Assembly (NCBI GenBank): GCA_041302975.1
Contig: JBFYQC010000129.1
Span: 1 to 49,914 of the forward strand
Source: Bacteroidota bacterium
Lineage (GTDB): Bacteria; Bacteroidota; Bacteroidia; UKL13-3
DNA length: 49,914 nt
Direction of reading: 5' to 3'
The position numbers and the translations under genes were made by a program. Of this stretch, positions 26,522-35,672 are shown in pieces. The notes under the pieces were generated by a model. That model did no database searches. It was given only the letters and a program-made list of their open reading frames with translations, and was not told the origin of the DNA. Numbering within the stretch: the stretch's first letter is position 1; the number at the start of each line of letters is the position of its first letter.

Positions 26522-26552
26522 AGCCCGACTGATTTATCAGCTGGGCTTTTTT
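26522..26552 (+). terminator. Terminator-like hairpin with T-tract between ccmE and ccmF
   Basis: AGCCCGACTGAT / ATCAGCTGGGCT (5+5 bp with a 2-nt internal mismatch) followed by TTTTTT, 25 nt after the ccmE stop. Confidence 0.5.
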
Positions 26553-26692
26553 ATGCCCTATGTGTTTAGTAGCCAATGTACAACAAAAGCACATAACCTA
26601 ATCTTATAACCAAGTGTAAAATAAGCAGGCATTAAGCCTTTTTTGTGGTTATAAAGGTTATTTTTGCAGCTAAATTTAATACGTTTTATATC

Positions 26693-29104
26693 GTGAACGA
26701 AGTACAATTTATTGGCGAACGCCTGATATACGGAAACCTAGGGCACTTAGCCGTTGTGGTTTCATTTGGTACAGCTATTATAGCAACCTTTGCTTATTTA
26801 TTTGCAGCAAATAACCCTGAAGAAAAATCGTGGCAAAAAATAGCAACAGCGGCATTCTACACGCACACCTTTTCGGTGTTTAGTATTGTATTGATGTTGT
26901 TTTTAATCATCCGTTTGCATTTGTTCGAGTACCATTATGCATGGCAACATTCATCAACTGATTTGCCGCTTGAGTACATGGTATCATGTTTTTGGGAAGG
27001 TCAAGAGGGTAGTTTTTTACTATGGATTTTTTGGCATGTGGTAATTGGTAACATTTTGGTGCGTACCGCTAAATCGTGGAAGTTTGAAGTAATGGCCGTT
27101 GTAATGATGTGCCAAATTGTTCTTACATCTATGCTCATTGGTGTTAAGTTTTGGGGGTATAAAGTTGGTAGCAGTCCATTTGAGTTGTTGCGTAATGCAG
27201 TAGAAGGGCCGATATTTAAACAAGCTGATTACTTAAGTAAAATAAAAGATGGAAATGGTTTAAATCCATTGTTGCAAAACTATTGGATGGTAATTCATCC
27301 ACCAACATTATTCTTTGGTTTTGCTACTACTATTGTTCCTTTTGCATATGTTATTGCAGGGTTATGGAAACGCGATTATGTAGGTTGGTTGAAACCAGCT
27401 TTACCATGGGCTTTAATTAGTGTAATGGTTTTAGGTACAGGTATTATTATGGGTGGTTTTTGGGCTTACGAAAGTTTAAGCTTTGGCGGCTATTGGGCTT
27501 GGGATCCGGTAGAAAATGCATCACTTGTACCTTGGTTAATTTTAATTGCCGGTGTACACGTTATGATTATTTATAAAACAACTGGCAACTCGTTAATAGT
27601 TGGTATGATACTGATTATAGCAACTTTCTTATTGGTGTTGTACGCTACTTTTTTAACCCGCAGTGGTGTTTTGGGCAATGCCTCCGTGCATTCATTTACC
27701 GATTTGGGTATGAGTGGACAGTTGTTGGTGTTTATGTTTGTATTCTTGGGACTATCAATATTTATGCTGGTTAAACGCTGGAAAGAGTTACCACGCAGTG
27801 CAAAAGACGAAGATGCTTACACCCGCGAGTTTTGGATGTTCATAGGAAGTTTGGTGTTAACCATTTCTGCATTTCAGGTGATACTTACCACTTCTGTTCC
27901 GGTATTTAATAAATTGTTTGGAACCAATATGGCCCCTCCAAGTGATGTGATCCAACATTACAATAAATGGCAAATGCCAATGGCTATTATCATTGCCTTG
28001 TTAACCGGTGTTGGTCAGCTGTTAAAGTACAAGAAAAATACCAAGGAAGGATTAGTTAAAATTTTAACACACGCTGCTATATCAATTGTTTTATCAGTAG
28101 CAGCCATGTTTTTATTCGAACTTAAAAATTGGTTTTACATAGGGTTGATGTTTGCTTCTGTTTATGCAATTGTTGCAAACTTATTTACGATGCGCCCGTA
28201 TTTAACTGGTAAATTTAAAATGGCCGGAGCAAGTGTAGCTCATATTGGTTTTGGTTTATTATTAGTAGGTGTGTTGGTTTCATCGGCAAATAAACAAGTT
28301 ATTTCCATTAACCAAAGTGGTATGCAACTAAACCCCGAGTTTGATGCACAAGCCAATATGGAACATGTTTATCTTGAAAAAGGTAAAGCGTTACGTATGG
28401 GTGATTATGAAATTGAATACAAAGCCGATTCAATGGAGTGGGTTAATAATTATTATCAGGTTCATTATAAAAAAATCAAACGAAACTCTAATGAAGTTGA
28501 TTATGAATTTGATTTATATCCCAACGCACAAATCAATCCCAAAATGGGATTAGTAGCTAACCCAGATACCAAACATTACATTAGCCATGATGTATTCACT
28601 TATGTAAGCTCGGTGCCTAAAGAAAAATCAACCAAGTTTGTACATGAGAAATTACATGAAGTAAAACTTGGAGATACCATTTACACAAATAATGGGTATG
28701 CAATCTTAGGGAACATTAACTCTAATGCAAAAGAGGCGAATTTAGATGTTAAAAATTTAAGTTTATTAATTGCTGCCGAGTTAAAAGTATATGCACTTAA
28801 TGGTACTTATAAAGCAACACCAATGTACGGTATCCGAGAGAATTCAGAGATTAAGTTTGAAAGTATTGTTGATGAAGCCAAGTTAAGGTTTAAGTTTATG
28901 GGGGTTAATCCTCAAACCCAAACCATAACCATAGAAACAGCCGAGCAAGATACCAGTGGCGACTTTATTATTATGAAAGCCATTGTATTTCCTTGGATTA
29001 ATTTTGTATGGGCAGGTACCATTGTGATGATTGTGGGATTCTTGTTGGCCATTTGGCGCAGGATGTCGGAAGTGCAGAGGGCCAAGGTGGATGTTGGAAG
29101 ATAA
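26693..29104 (+). CDS. ccmF: Cytochrome c heme lyase subunit CcmF
   Basis: WGGYWAWDPVENASLVPW heme-handling motif, many TM segments, a C-terminal periplasmic domain and a final TM. Candidate starts are GTG 26693 or GTG 26645; no ATG is nearby. Confidence 0.9.
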   Translation: MNEVQFIGERLIYGNLGHLAVVVSFGTAIIATFAYLFAANNPEEKSWQKIATAAFYTHTFSVFSIVLMLFLIIRLHLFEYHYAWQHSSTDLPLEYMVSCFWEGQEGSFLLWIFWHVVIGNILVRTAKSWKFEVMAVVMMCQIVLTSMLIGVKFWGYKVGSSPFELLRNAVEGPIFKQADYLSKIKDGNGLNPLLQNYWMVIHPPTLFFGFATTIVPFAYVIAGLWKRDYVGWLKPALPWALISVMVLGTGIIMGGFWAYESLSFGGYWAWDPVENASLVPWLILIAGVHVMIIYKTTGNSLIVGMILIIATFLLVLYATFLTRSGVLGNASVHSFTDLGMSGQLLVFMFVFLGLSIFMLVKRWKELPRSAKDEDAYTREFWMFIGSLVLTISAFQVILTTSVPVFNKLFGTNMAPPSDVIQHYNKWQMPMAIIIALLTGVGQLLKYKKNTKEGLVKILTHAAISIVLSVAAMFLFELKNWFYIGLMFASVYAIVANLFTMRPYLTGKFKMAGASVAHIGFGLLLVGVLVSSANKQVISINQSGMQLNPEFDAQANMEHVYLEKGKALRMGDYEIEYKADSMEWVNNYYQVHYKKIKRNSNEVDYEFDLYPNAQINPKMGLVANPDTKHYISHDVFTYVSSVPKEKSTKFVHEKLHEVKLGDTIYTNNGYAILGNINSNAKEANLDVKNLSLLIAAELKVYALNGTYKATPMYGIRENSEIKFESIVDEAKLRFKFMGVNPQTQTITIETAEQDTSGDFIIMKAIVFPWINFVWAGTIVMIVGFLLAIWRRMSEVQRAKVDVGR

Positions 29105-29207
29105 ACTTAAAATCACTATCGACAAAGACTAATCAATCAACTAAGCCCCTTGCTTCAACGTCATAAATTAGCTATGTTTATGCCTCAATTTTTATAGATT
29201 AATTTTA

Positions 29208-29984
29208 TTGAAAACAGCTGTTATCATAGGGTCTGGAAACGTAGCCACTTGTTTTGCAAAAGCATTTGTAAATAAAGGTGTTTCAATTGCTGCAGTTTAT
29301 AGCCGTAACTTAAATCATGCGCAACAGCTTGTTGATTCAGTTGGTGGTGCTGCAATCAATAATTTAAATAAACTACCTACCAATGCTGATTTGTATTTAA
29401 TAGCGGTTAGTGATAATGTGATTGAAAGTGTATCAAAACAATTAAAAGTAACAGGATTGGTTGTGCATACATCAGGTTGTACAGCAATGGCTGCTTTAAA
29501 AAACAACCTACGATACGGTGTTTTTTACGGGTTACAAACGTTTAATAAAAATACATTAACAGATCTATCTCATGTGCCATTTTTAATAGAAGCATCAAAT
29601 GTTGAAGAGGAAAAATTGTTGTGGCAGTTTGCTTCAAATATCAGTGTAAACGTGCAAGTGGCCAATACAAAACAGCGCCAAGCTTTACATGTAGCAGCGG
29701 TGTTTGCCAATAACTTTTCAAACCATTTGTTTGCTATTGCAAAACAACTGTTGGATCAACACCAATTGTCGTTTAATTTATTAAAGCCTATTATTTTGCA
29801 AACCGCTCAAAACGCGGTAACCCATAATCCTGTTGATGTGCAAACCGGCCCCGTGGTAAGAAACGATACCGATACCATTGCTACACATTTAGAAGTGCTG
29901 CAAAAGTATCCCGAGTATAGACAGATATATGAATTGCTCAGTCAAAGTATCCGCGAGCTTCATGTAAAACCCAAAATTAAATGA
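29208..29984 (+). CDS. Rossmann-like oxidoreductase domain protein (DUF2520-type)
   Basis: N-terminal KTAVIIGSGNVATCFAKAF dinucleotide-binding motif, 258 aa, TTG start. Confidence 0.6.
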   Translation: MKTAVIIGSGNVATCFAKAFVNKGVSIAAVYSRNLNHAQQLVDSVGGAAINNLNKLPTNADLYLIAVSDNVIESVSKQLKVTGLVVHTSGCTAMAALKNNLRYGVFYGLQTFNKNTLTDLSHVPFLIEASNVEEEKLLWQFASNISVNVQVANTKQRQALHVAAVFANNFSNHLFAIAKQLLDQHQLSFNLLKPIILQTAQNAVTHNPVDVQTGPVVRNDTDTIATHLEVLQKYPEYRQIYELLSQSIRELHVKPKIK

Positions 29985-29991
29985 TTAAATC

Positions 29992-30513
29992 ATGGTGAAT
30001 AAAGTATTAGAAAATATTAAATGTTTTGTGTTTGATGTTGATGGTGTTTTAACAGATGGAATGACTCTTGCGTTAGAAAGTGGCGAACAAGCTAGGGCAT
30101 TTAACATTAAAGACGGTTATGGAATAGAGCGTGCTTTACTTGCAGGTTTTCATGTGGCTATTATTAGTGGAGGTAATCAACTTGGAGTGCGTAAACGATT
30201 GGAGTTTTTAAAAATAAAACACATACATTTAGGTGTTAAAAATAAAGTAGAAGTGCTTACACAATTGTGTAAAGAAATTGAAGTAAAACCGGAAGAAATG
30301 CTTTATGTGGGTGATGATTTGCCTGATTACGAGGTGATGCAATTGGTAGGGTTACCTTGTTGTCCTGCTGATGCTGTAAGCGATATAAAAGAAATTAGTA
30401 AGTATGTATGCGATAATAATGGAGGTAATGGTTGCGTACGTGAAGTTGTTGAAAAGGTAATGCGCAGACAAGGTAAATGGATACGTTTTGAAAATGAAAA
30501 TATTAATAACTAA
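29992..30513 (+). CDS. kdsC: 3-deoxy-D-manno-octulosonate 8-phosphate phosphatase (HAD family)
   Basis: FVFDVDGVLTDG HAD motif I, ISGG, and YVGDDLPDYEVM motif. Typical length of 173 aa. Confidence 0.85.
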   Translation: MVNKVLENIKCFVFDVDGVLTDGMTLALESGEQARAFNIKDGYGIERALLAGFHVAIISGGNQLGVRKRLEFLKIKHIHLGVKNKVEVLTQLCKEIEVKPEEMLYVGDDLPDYEVMQLVGLPCCPADAVSDIKEISKYVCDNNGGNGCVREVVEKVMRRQGKWIRFENENINN

Positions 30514-30544
30514 ACAACGTTATTCATCATACAAAAGTTAACAT

Positions 30545-31804
30545 ATGAAACATCTAACATTATTGTTTTTTTATTTGGGTTTGATGCTAGCGGCAAGTGC
30601 CAATAGGGTGCTTGTACCTATGGATCCTGCGCAAAAAAATCACTTAAAGGCATATGGAGTAGCTTTTTGGGTGCTTAAACAAGATTTAGATGTAGATTGG
30701 TTGTTAAACTACCGTGACGGAAGTTTTATGTTACCACATACAGATGGCATAGAAAAAGAATGTAGAATTCGAGGTGTTTCTTACGAGGTAATTAGCGAAG
30801 CAGAAGTTGGGTTGATATTAAATGAAATTGCTAAACCGGATGTAAACATGGAGTTGGTTAAATTGCATAAAGCCCCCAAAATAGCAGTGTATTCACCTAA
30901 AACAAAACAACCTTGGGATGATGCCGTTACTATGGTGTTAACCTATGCCGAAATACCCTACGAAACTGTTTTTGATGATGAGGTTTTAACTGGGAAATTA
31001 CCTACTTACGATTGGTTGCACTTACACCACGAAGATTTTACAGGCCAGTATGGTAAGTTTTGGGCTTCGTTTCAAAACACCGCTTGGTACCAAGCAGAGG
31101 TAAGGGAAAACGAAGCCATGGCAGCTAAACATGGGTTTAAGAAAGTAAGTGAATTGAAGTTGGCTGTGGCAAAAAAAATAAGAGACTTTGTTGCTGGTGG
31201 TGGATTTTTATTTGCCATGTGTAGTGCCACCGATAGCTATGATATTGCGCTGGCTGCGGATGGTGTTGATATCTGCGAATCTATGTTTGATGGTGACCCT
31301 TCAGATCATGCTGCTGATGGTAAGTTAAATTACCAAAATACATTTGCATTCAAAGACTTTAAACTAAAAATGAATCCATACGAATATGAGTATTCGTATA
31401 TTGATAACACACCCGAAACTCGACCAGTAACCGAACAAAACGATGTATTTACCTTGTTTGATTTTTCGGCAAAATGGGATGTAGTACCAACCATGTTATG
31501 CCAAAATCATACAAAAGTGGTAAAGGGGTTTTACGGACAAACCACTGCTTACCGCAAGCAGTTTATTAAAAGTGATGTGTTGGTAATGGGTGAAACCAAA
31601 ACATTAGGAGAAGCAAGATATATACATGGTACATCGGGAAAAGGTACTTGGACATTTTATGGCGGACACGACCCTGAAGATTACCAACACCAGGTAGGAG
31701 AACCACCAACAGATTTAAACCTACATCCAAACTCTCCGGGTTACAGGTTGATATTAAACAACATTTTGTTTCCTTCTGCCAAGAAGAAAAAAATGAAAAC
31801 GTAA
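30545..31804 (+). CDS. Conserved secreted hypothetical protein, possibly class-I glutamine-amidotransferase/DJ-1-like fold
   Basis: Signal peptide MKHLTLLFFYLGLMLAASA. NHLKAYGVAFWVL and GGGFLFAMCSATDSYD (nucleophile-elbow-like Cys). My recollection is that homologues are often labelled asparagine synthetase B in Bacteroidota, but there is no Ntn or AsnB synthetase motif here. Confidence 0.55.
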   Translation: MKHLTLLFFYLGLMLAASANRVLVPMDPAQKNHLKAYGVAFWVLKQDLDVDWLLNYRDGSFMLPHTDGIEKECRIRGVSYEVISEAEVGLILNEIAKPDVNMELVKLHKAPKIAVYSPKTKQPWDDAVTMVLTYAEIPYETVFDDEVLTGKLPTYDWLHLHHEDFTGQYGKFWASFQNTAWYQAEVRENEAMAAKHGFKKVSELKLAVAKKIRDFVAGGGFLFAMCSATDSYDIALAADGVDICESMFDGDPSDHAADGKLNYQNTFAFKDFKLKMNPYEYEYSYIDNTPETRPVTEQNDVFTLFDFSAKWDVVPTMLCQNHTKVVKGFYGQTTAYRKQFIKSDVLVMGETKTLGEARYIHGTSGKGTWTFYGGHDPEDYQHQVGEPPTDLNLHPNSPGYRLILNNILFPSAKKKKMKT

Positions 31805-31808
31805 CTAT

Positions 31809-31840
31809 AAATCAAAAGCCGCTGATGCGGCTTTTGATTT
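31809..31840. terminator. Bidirectional terminator between convergent genes
   Basis: AAATCAAAAGCCGC / GCGGCTTTTGATTT perfect 14-bp stem with a 4-nt loop. Confidence 0.85.
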
Positions 31841-31987
31841 ATAACGAAGTTGTTCTTTACTATATGGGTTGATATTACGATTTATTGCAAAACGTAAGAT
31901 CTCATTAAACTCAAACTAAAACCCACTCAAGAAAAGTACCGTTTAAATTTTTAGTATTGCAATTATTTTGCGTCATACTTTTAGAAA

Positions 31988-32605
31988 TTATTTCTTGCCA
32001 TGGTATTTGGCAATTAACTCTCCCTTGCTGTTAATGTGTAATTTGCGGTAAATGCTTTTGATGTATTTCCTTACTGTATCAATGGAAATATTCATATTGT
32101 CTGCAACAAGTTTATAGCTTAGCCCAAAAACTATGCCGTCAACCACTTGTTTTTCACGTTCGCTTAAATCTTCGGCAATATTTTGTTTGGCATTAAAAAA
32201 ATCAAATACTTTACGCGCTATAGCTGGCGTTATTGGCGAACCACCACTATTAATATCTATAATGGCATCTTTGATTTTTGTTAAAGGCGTTTCTTTACTT
32301 AAATATCCATCTGCTCCGGCTTGTAACGATTTAAACACACTATCATTGTCGTAGTTAACGCTCAACATTAAAATAGCAGCATTCGAAAACCTTGTTTTTA
32401 GCTCTGGAATGAGTTCAATACCTGAAATACCAGGAAGATTAATGTCCAACAAAACAACATTTGGACTTTTGGTCCAAGTTGAAATCCTGAAACTTTCAGC
32501 ATTAGAAAACGCCCCAACAAGTTCAAAATCCTGTTGATTTCCTAAATATTCTCTGAGCGCTTCCTGAATATTAAAATCGTCTTCAATTAGTAAAATAGAA
32601 ATCAT
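31988..32605 (-). CDS. Response regulator, NarL/FixJ (LuxR HTH) family
   Basis: Receiver ILLIEDD ... VLLDINLPGISG, plus a C-terminal LuxR HTH LSEREKQVVDGIVFGLSYKLVADNMNISIDTVRKYIKSIYRKL. Confidence 0.9.
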   Translation of the reverse strand: MISILLIEDDFNIQEALREYLGNQQDFELVGAFSNAESFRISTWTKSPNVVLLDINLPGISGIELIPELKTRFSNAAILMLSVNYDNDSVFKSLQAGADGYLSKETPLTKIKDAIIDINSGGSPITPAIARKVFDFFNAKQNIAEDLSEREKQVVDGIVFGLSYKLVADNMNISIDTVRKYIKSIYRKLHINSKGELIAKYHGKK

Positions 32606-32663
32606 AAAGAATTCTCAAATATGGCTATAAGTATCGACTTTATTGATACATAATCATGTACCG

Positions 32664-35639
32664 TTAAAATCGTTTTATTAACTCAATTTTGTAGCTGTTT
32701 TTAGGCTCGATGGAAATTTCAGCCTTCATTTTTGTAGCACGCATTTCCATATTTCTAATGCCCATACCCATTTTATTTACAGAGCCCTTGGGTGTTCCAT
32801 TGTTTTCAATAATTAAATGAAGTACTTTATTGTTATAAGTAAAGTTGATTAGAACATTAGTTGCATTTGAATGTTTTACAATATTGTTTAATGCCTCTTT
32901 AAATATTAAGTAAGTATTTTGTCTAATAACTAATTCAATCTGATGATTAGGATAGTCAATATATTTACTAAATGTATGTTGTATACTTTCACCATCAAAA
33001 ATTAAAGCGATATATTCATGCATTCTGTCAATCAAATCACTACACTTATCGTTTCTAGCATCAATACTCCACACTACGTCTCTCATGTTAGATACAGCCG
33101 TGCGGCTTGTTTCTGCTATTTTATTTAATGCAACCATATTTTGTTGGTTATTGCCTGATTTTAACATTTCAGCCTGCATTCCTACCGCAGTTAAAATACT
33201 TCCTACTTCATCATGTAAATCGCTTGATATTTGTAATCTTAAATCTGCTAAGTTGTTTAAACGTGTTAGTTTTAAACGGAAAAATATGACTACGGTTATC
33301 AGTACACTGATAAAAACTAGTAAGATAAACCACCACTTTTTGTATAGGTATCCATCAGCATTTATATTAAGTGTAAATAATTTCGTAATTAATTTACCAC
33401 TTGTCCCTGATGCTTTAATCATGAGTTTGTAGCTGCCAGGTTTTATGTCTGTATACCTTATAAAGTTCCTATTACCGATATAAATCCAATCATTATCAAC
33501 TCCCTCCAACATATATGAAAATGCATTGTTCTCTGGTTGGCTGTAATCATCAAGTCCGAATTCTATTTCTAATATTTTATTGTTGGTTGGTAAGTTAATG
33601 GTATAATTCTCTGGACAGTTATTCAATGTAATTTCATCATGACCATTTAATTGGTAAATCTTAGAGATAAATATTTTATTAGTTGATGGTATATTTTTTA
33701 TATCGATGTTTTTTCTAATGATATTATACCCGTTTAATCCACCCATCAATAGTGTTCCATTTCTGGTTACAAATGTTGCATTGTGGTTAAATTCGTTATG
33801 GCTTAATCCGTGCTCCGAATATAAATTAACAAAAGTTTTAGTGCTAGCATTTATTTTACAAACTCCATTATAGGTTGTTGCCCATATTGTGTTAGGGTCT
33901 GTTTGCTCCATACCTGCAATAAAATCATTAGCAAATCCCATTTTAAAATTATAAACATCAATATTATTTGTTTTTAAGTTTATTGAGTATAGTCCTTTAC
34001 CGAGGCTACCTACCCATAAAATATTTCTTGCTTTATCTTTTAAGAGAGATGTAACAGGAACATTGTTTAGCAGTGTTAGTTGTTTTGAAATAGGCAATGG
34101 ATTAAGATTTGCGTCACATTTTATAACCCCTTTGCTTGTGCATATCCAGTATATACTATCTATAAAATTAATCTGGTAAATCATTGCATGATCAATGTTT
34201 ATTTCACCCACATTGATTGGCTTCTTAGTAAATGTCTCATTACGTTTGTCAAAAATAATTAAGCCAGCATATGATCCTAGTAACAGTCTGTTTTGGTTTA
34301 TGTCATTGTATATACAAAGTAAGAATCTCGGCTTGATGCCTAATGAAAGGTTATTTAACTGACTAGCTTTTTTTGTGTTTAGGTCGTATTTAATTAGTCC
34401 TGAACCTTCGCTGGCAATCCAAAGCGTTGATTTTTCAGATGCCAGTGCATATGGCACAAATCCAAATTTTTTCTCGGGAATAATTAGCTCATAATTTGTG
34501 TATGGTAGTGCTGATTTAAATATACCTTCATACGTAGCCATCAATATTGAGTTGTCAGGAAGTTCACAAATCCCTCTTACGCTATGGTTTTTTCTATCAT
34601 TTTTAAACAATGTATTTCTAAAAAGATGTTGTATATTCTGTTCAGACGGAGTAAACTTTAACAAACCGAAATTTGTGCCTATCCAAACATCATTATTGTG
34701 CTTATAAATACACTTAATGCTATAATTAGGTTCGGCCATTATATTAAAAATTGATGTTACATCTTGAACAGATTTATTGTTGTAATAAACTAATTGTTGA
34801 TCATACAATGTTACCCAATGTTTACCGGCACCTTCAAATTTTATAATATTAGCTTTAGGGTAAAGTAAATTAGTTTGGTTAGGAAAGTTGCTTATTGCTG
34901 TATCAACTTTATAAATACCGCCAATGCTACTAATAACTATTCCTGTTTCAGGAGAGAAGTTTACATAGTATATATCTCTAGTAAATGTTTTTTGATGTGT
35001 GATTTTTTGTGTTTTGAGGTTTAAAACATAAAGCTGCTTACGTGCAGTTGTAAACCAAATATTTTTATGTCTGTCTTCAACAGCAGAAGTAATATCTTCA
35101 AAGCAAGAGTCATTAGAATATGGATTCGTGATTTGTTTGATTTGACCTCTTTGCATAATCCAGCTAACTCCTTTATCGCCACCAATAAAAGTAACATTAG
35201 AGCTGCCAGTATATATTACTCTAATTTCGGTTTTGCCCTTACATTTTAGAGCTAGTTGGGGCAAACAAATATCCTCTGATGCGTAGGTATCTATGTTTAT
35301 TTTATAAAGTCCTTTGTCGGATCCAACCCATAATTCAGTGTTGTTTAAAATTGATAAACTATTTATAGGCTCGTTATCAAGTAGATTATTAGCTTCGATT
35401 TGACTGTATCTTAAAAATGTTCTACCGTCAAAACGAATCAATCCATTTTGTGTACCTAACCAAATATATCCATTTGGGTCTTTTACAATACAATTAATTA
35501 CCCTGTTTTGTAATCCATGAATAGTGTTCCAAAACCTTACATTTGAGATATTAACTGCATTAGAATTGGTATGATTTATTATTGTGTAAAAAACAATAGC
35601 TACGAAGTAACAGAAGCACTTAAACGTATAATGCAACAC
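32664..35639 (-). CDS. Sensor histidine kinase with large propeller/Y_Y_Y extracytoplasmic domain and HisKA_3-type core
   Basis: Repeated propeller motifs (IWLGTQNGLIRFDG, LWVGSDKGLYKIN, VWIGTNFGLLKF, LWVGSLGKGLYSIN). A single TM WWFILLVFISVLITVVIFF, H-box SSDLHDEVGSILT, N-box ALNNIVKHSNAT and G-box GMGIRNM follow. GTG start. Confidence 0.85.
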   Translation of the reverse strand: MLHYTFKCFCYFVAIVFYTIINHTNSNAVNISNVRFWNTIHGLQNRVINCIVKDPNGYIWLGTQNGLIRFDGRTFLRYSQIEANNLLDNEPINSLSILNNTELWVGSDKGLYKINIDTYASEDICLPQLALKCKGKTEIRVIYTGSSNVTFIGGDKGVSWIMQRGQIKQITNPYSNDSCFEDITSAVEDRHKNIWFTTARKQLYVLNLKTQKITHQKTFTRDIYYVNFSPETGIVISSIGGIYKVDTAISNFPNQTNLLYPKANIIKFEGAGKHWVTLYDQQLVYYNNKSVQDVTSIFNIMAEPNYSIKCIYKHNNDVWIGTNFGLLKFTPSEQNIQHLFRNTLFKNDRKNHSVRGICELPDNSILMATYEGIFKSALPYTNYELIIPEKKFGFVPYALASEKSTLWIASEGSGLIKYDLNTKKASQLNNLSLGIKPRFLLCIYNDINQNRLLLGSYAGLIIFDKRNETFTKKPINVGEINIDHAMIYQINFIDSIYWICTSKGVIKCDANLNPLPISKQLTLLNNVPVTSLLKDKARNILWVGSLGKGLYSINLKTNNIDVYNFKMGFANDFIAGMEQTDPNTIWATTYNGVCKINASTKTFVNLYSEHGLSHNEFNHNATFVTRNGTLLMGGLNGYNIIRKNIDIKNIPSTNKIFISKIYQLNGHDEITLNNCPENYTINLPTNNKILEIEFGLDDYSQPENNAFSYMLEGVDNDWIYIGNRNFIRYTDIKPGSYKLMIKASGTSGKLITKLFTLNINADGYLYKKWWFILLVFISVLITVVIFFRLKLTRLNNLADLRLQISSDLHDEVGSILTAVGMQAEMLKSGNNQQNMVALNKIAETSRTAVSNMRDVVWSIDARNDKCSDLIDRMHEYIALIFDGESIQHTFSKYIDYPNHQIELVIRQNTYLIFKEALNNIVKHSNATNVLINFTYNNKVLHLIIENNGTPKGSVNKMGMGIRNMEMRATKMKAEISIEPKNSYKIELIKRF

Positions 35640-35672
35640 TTGGTTTTAAGTTGATAGTAACGGGCCATTTTA

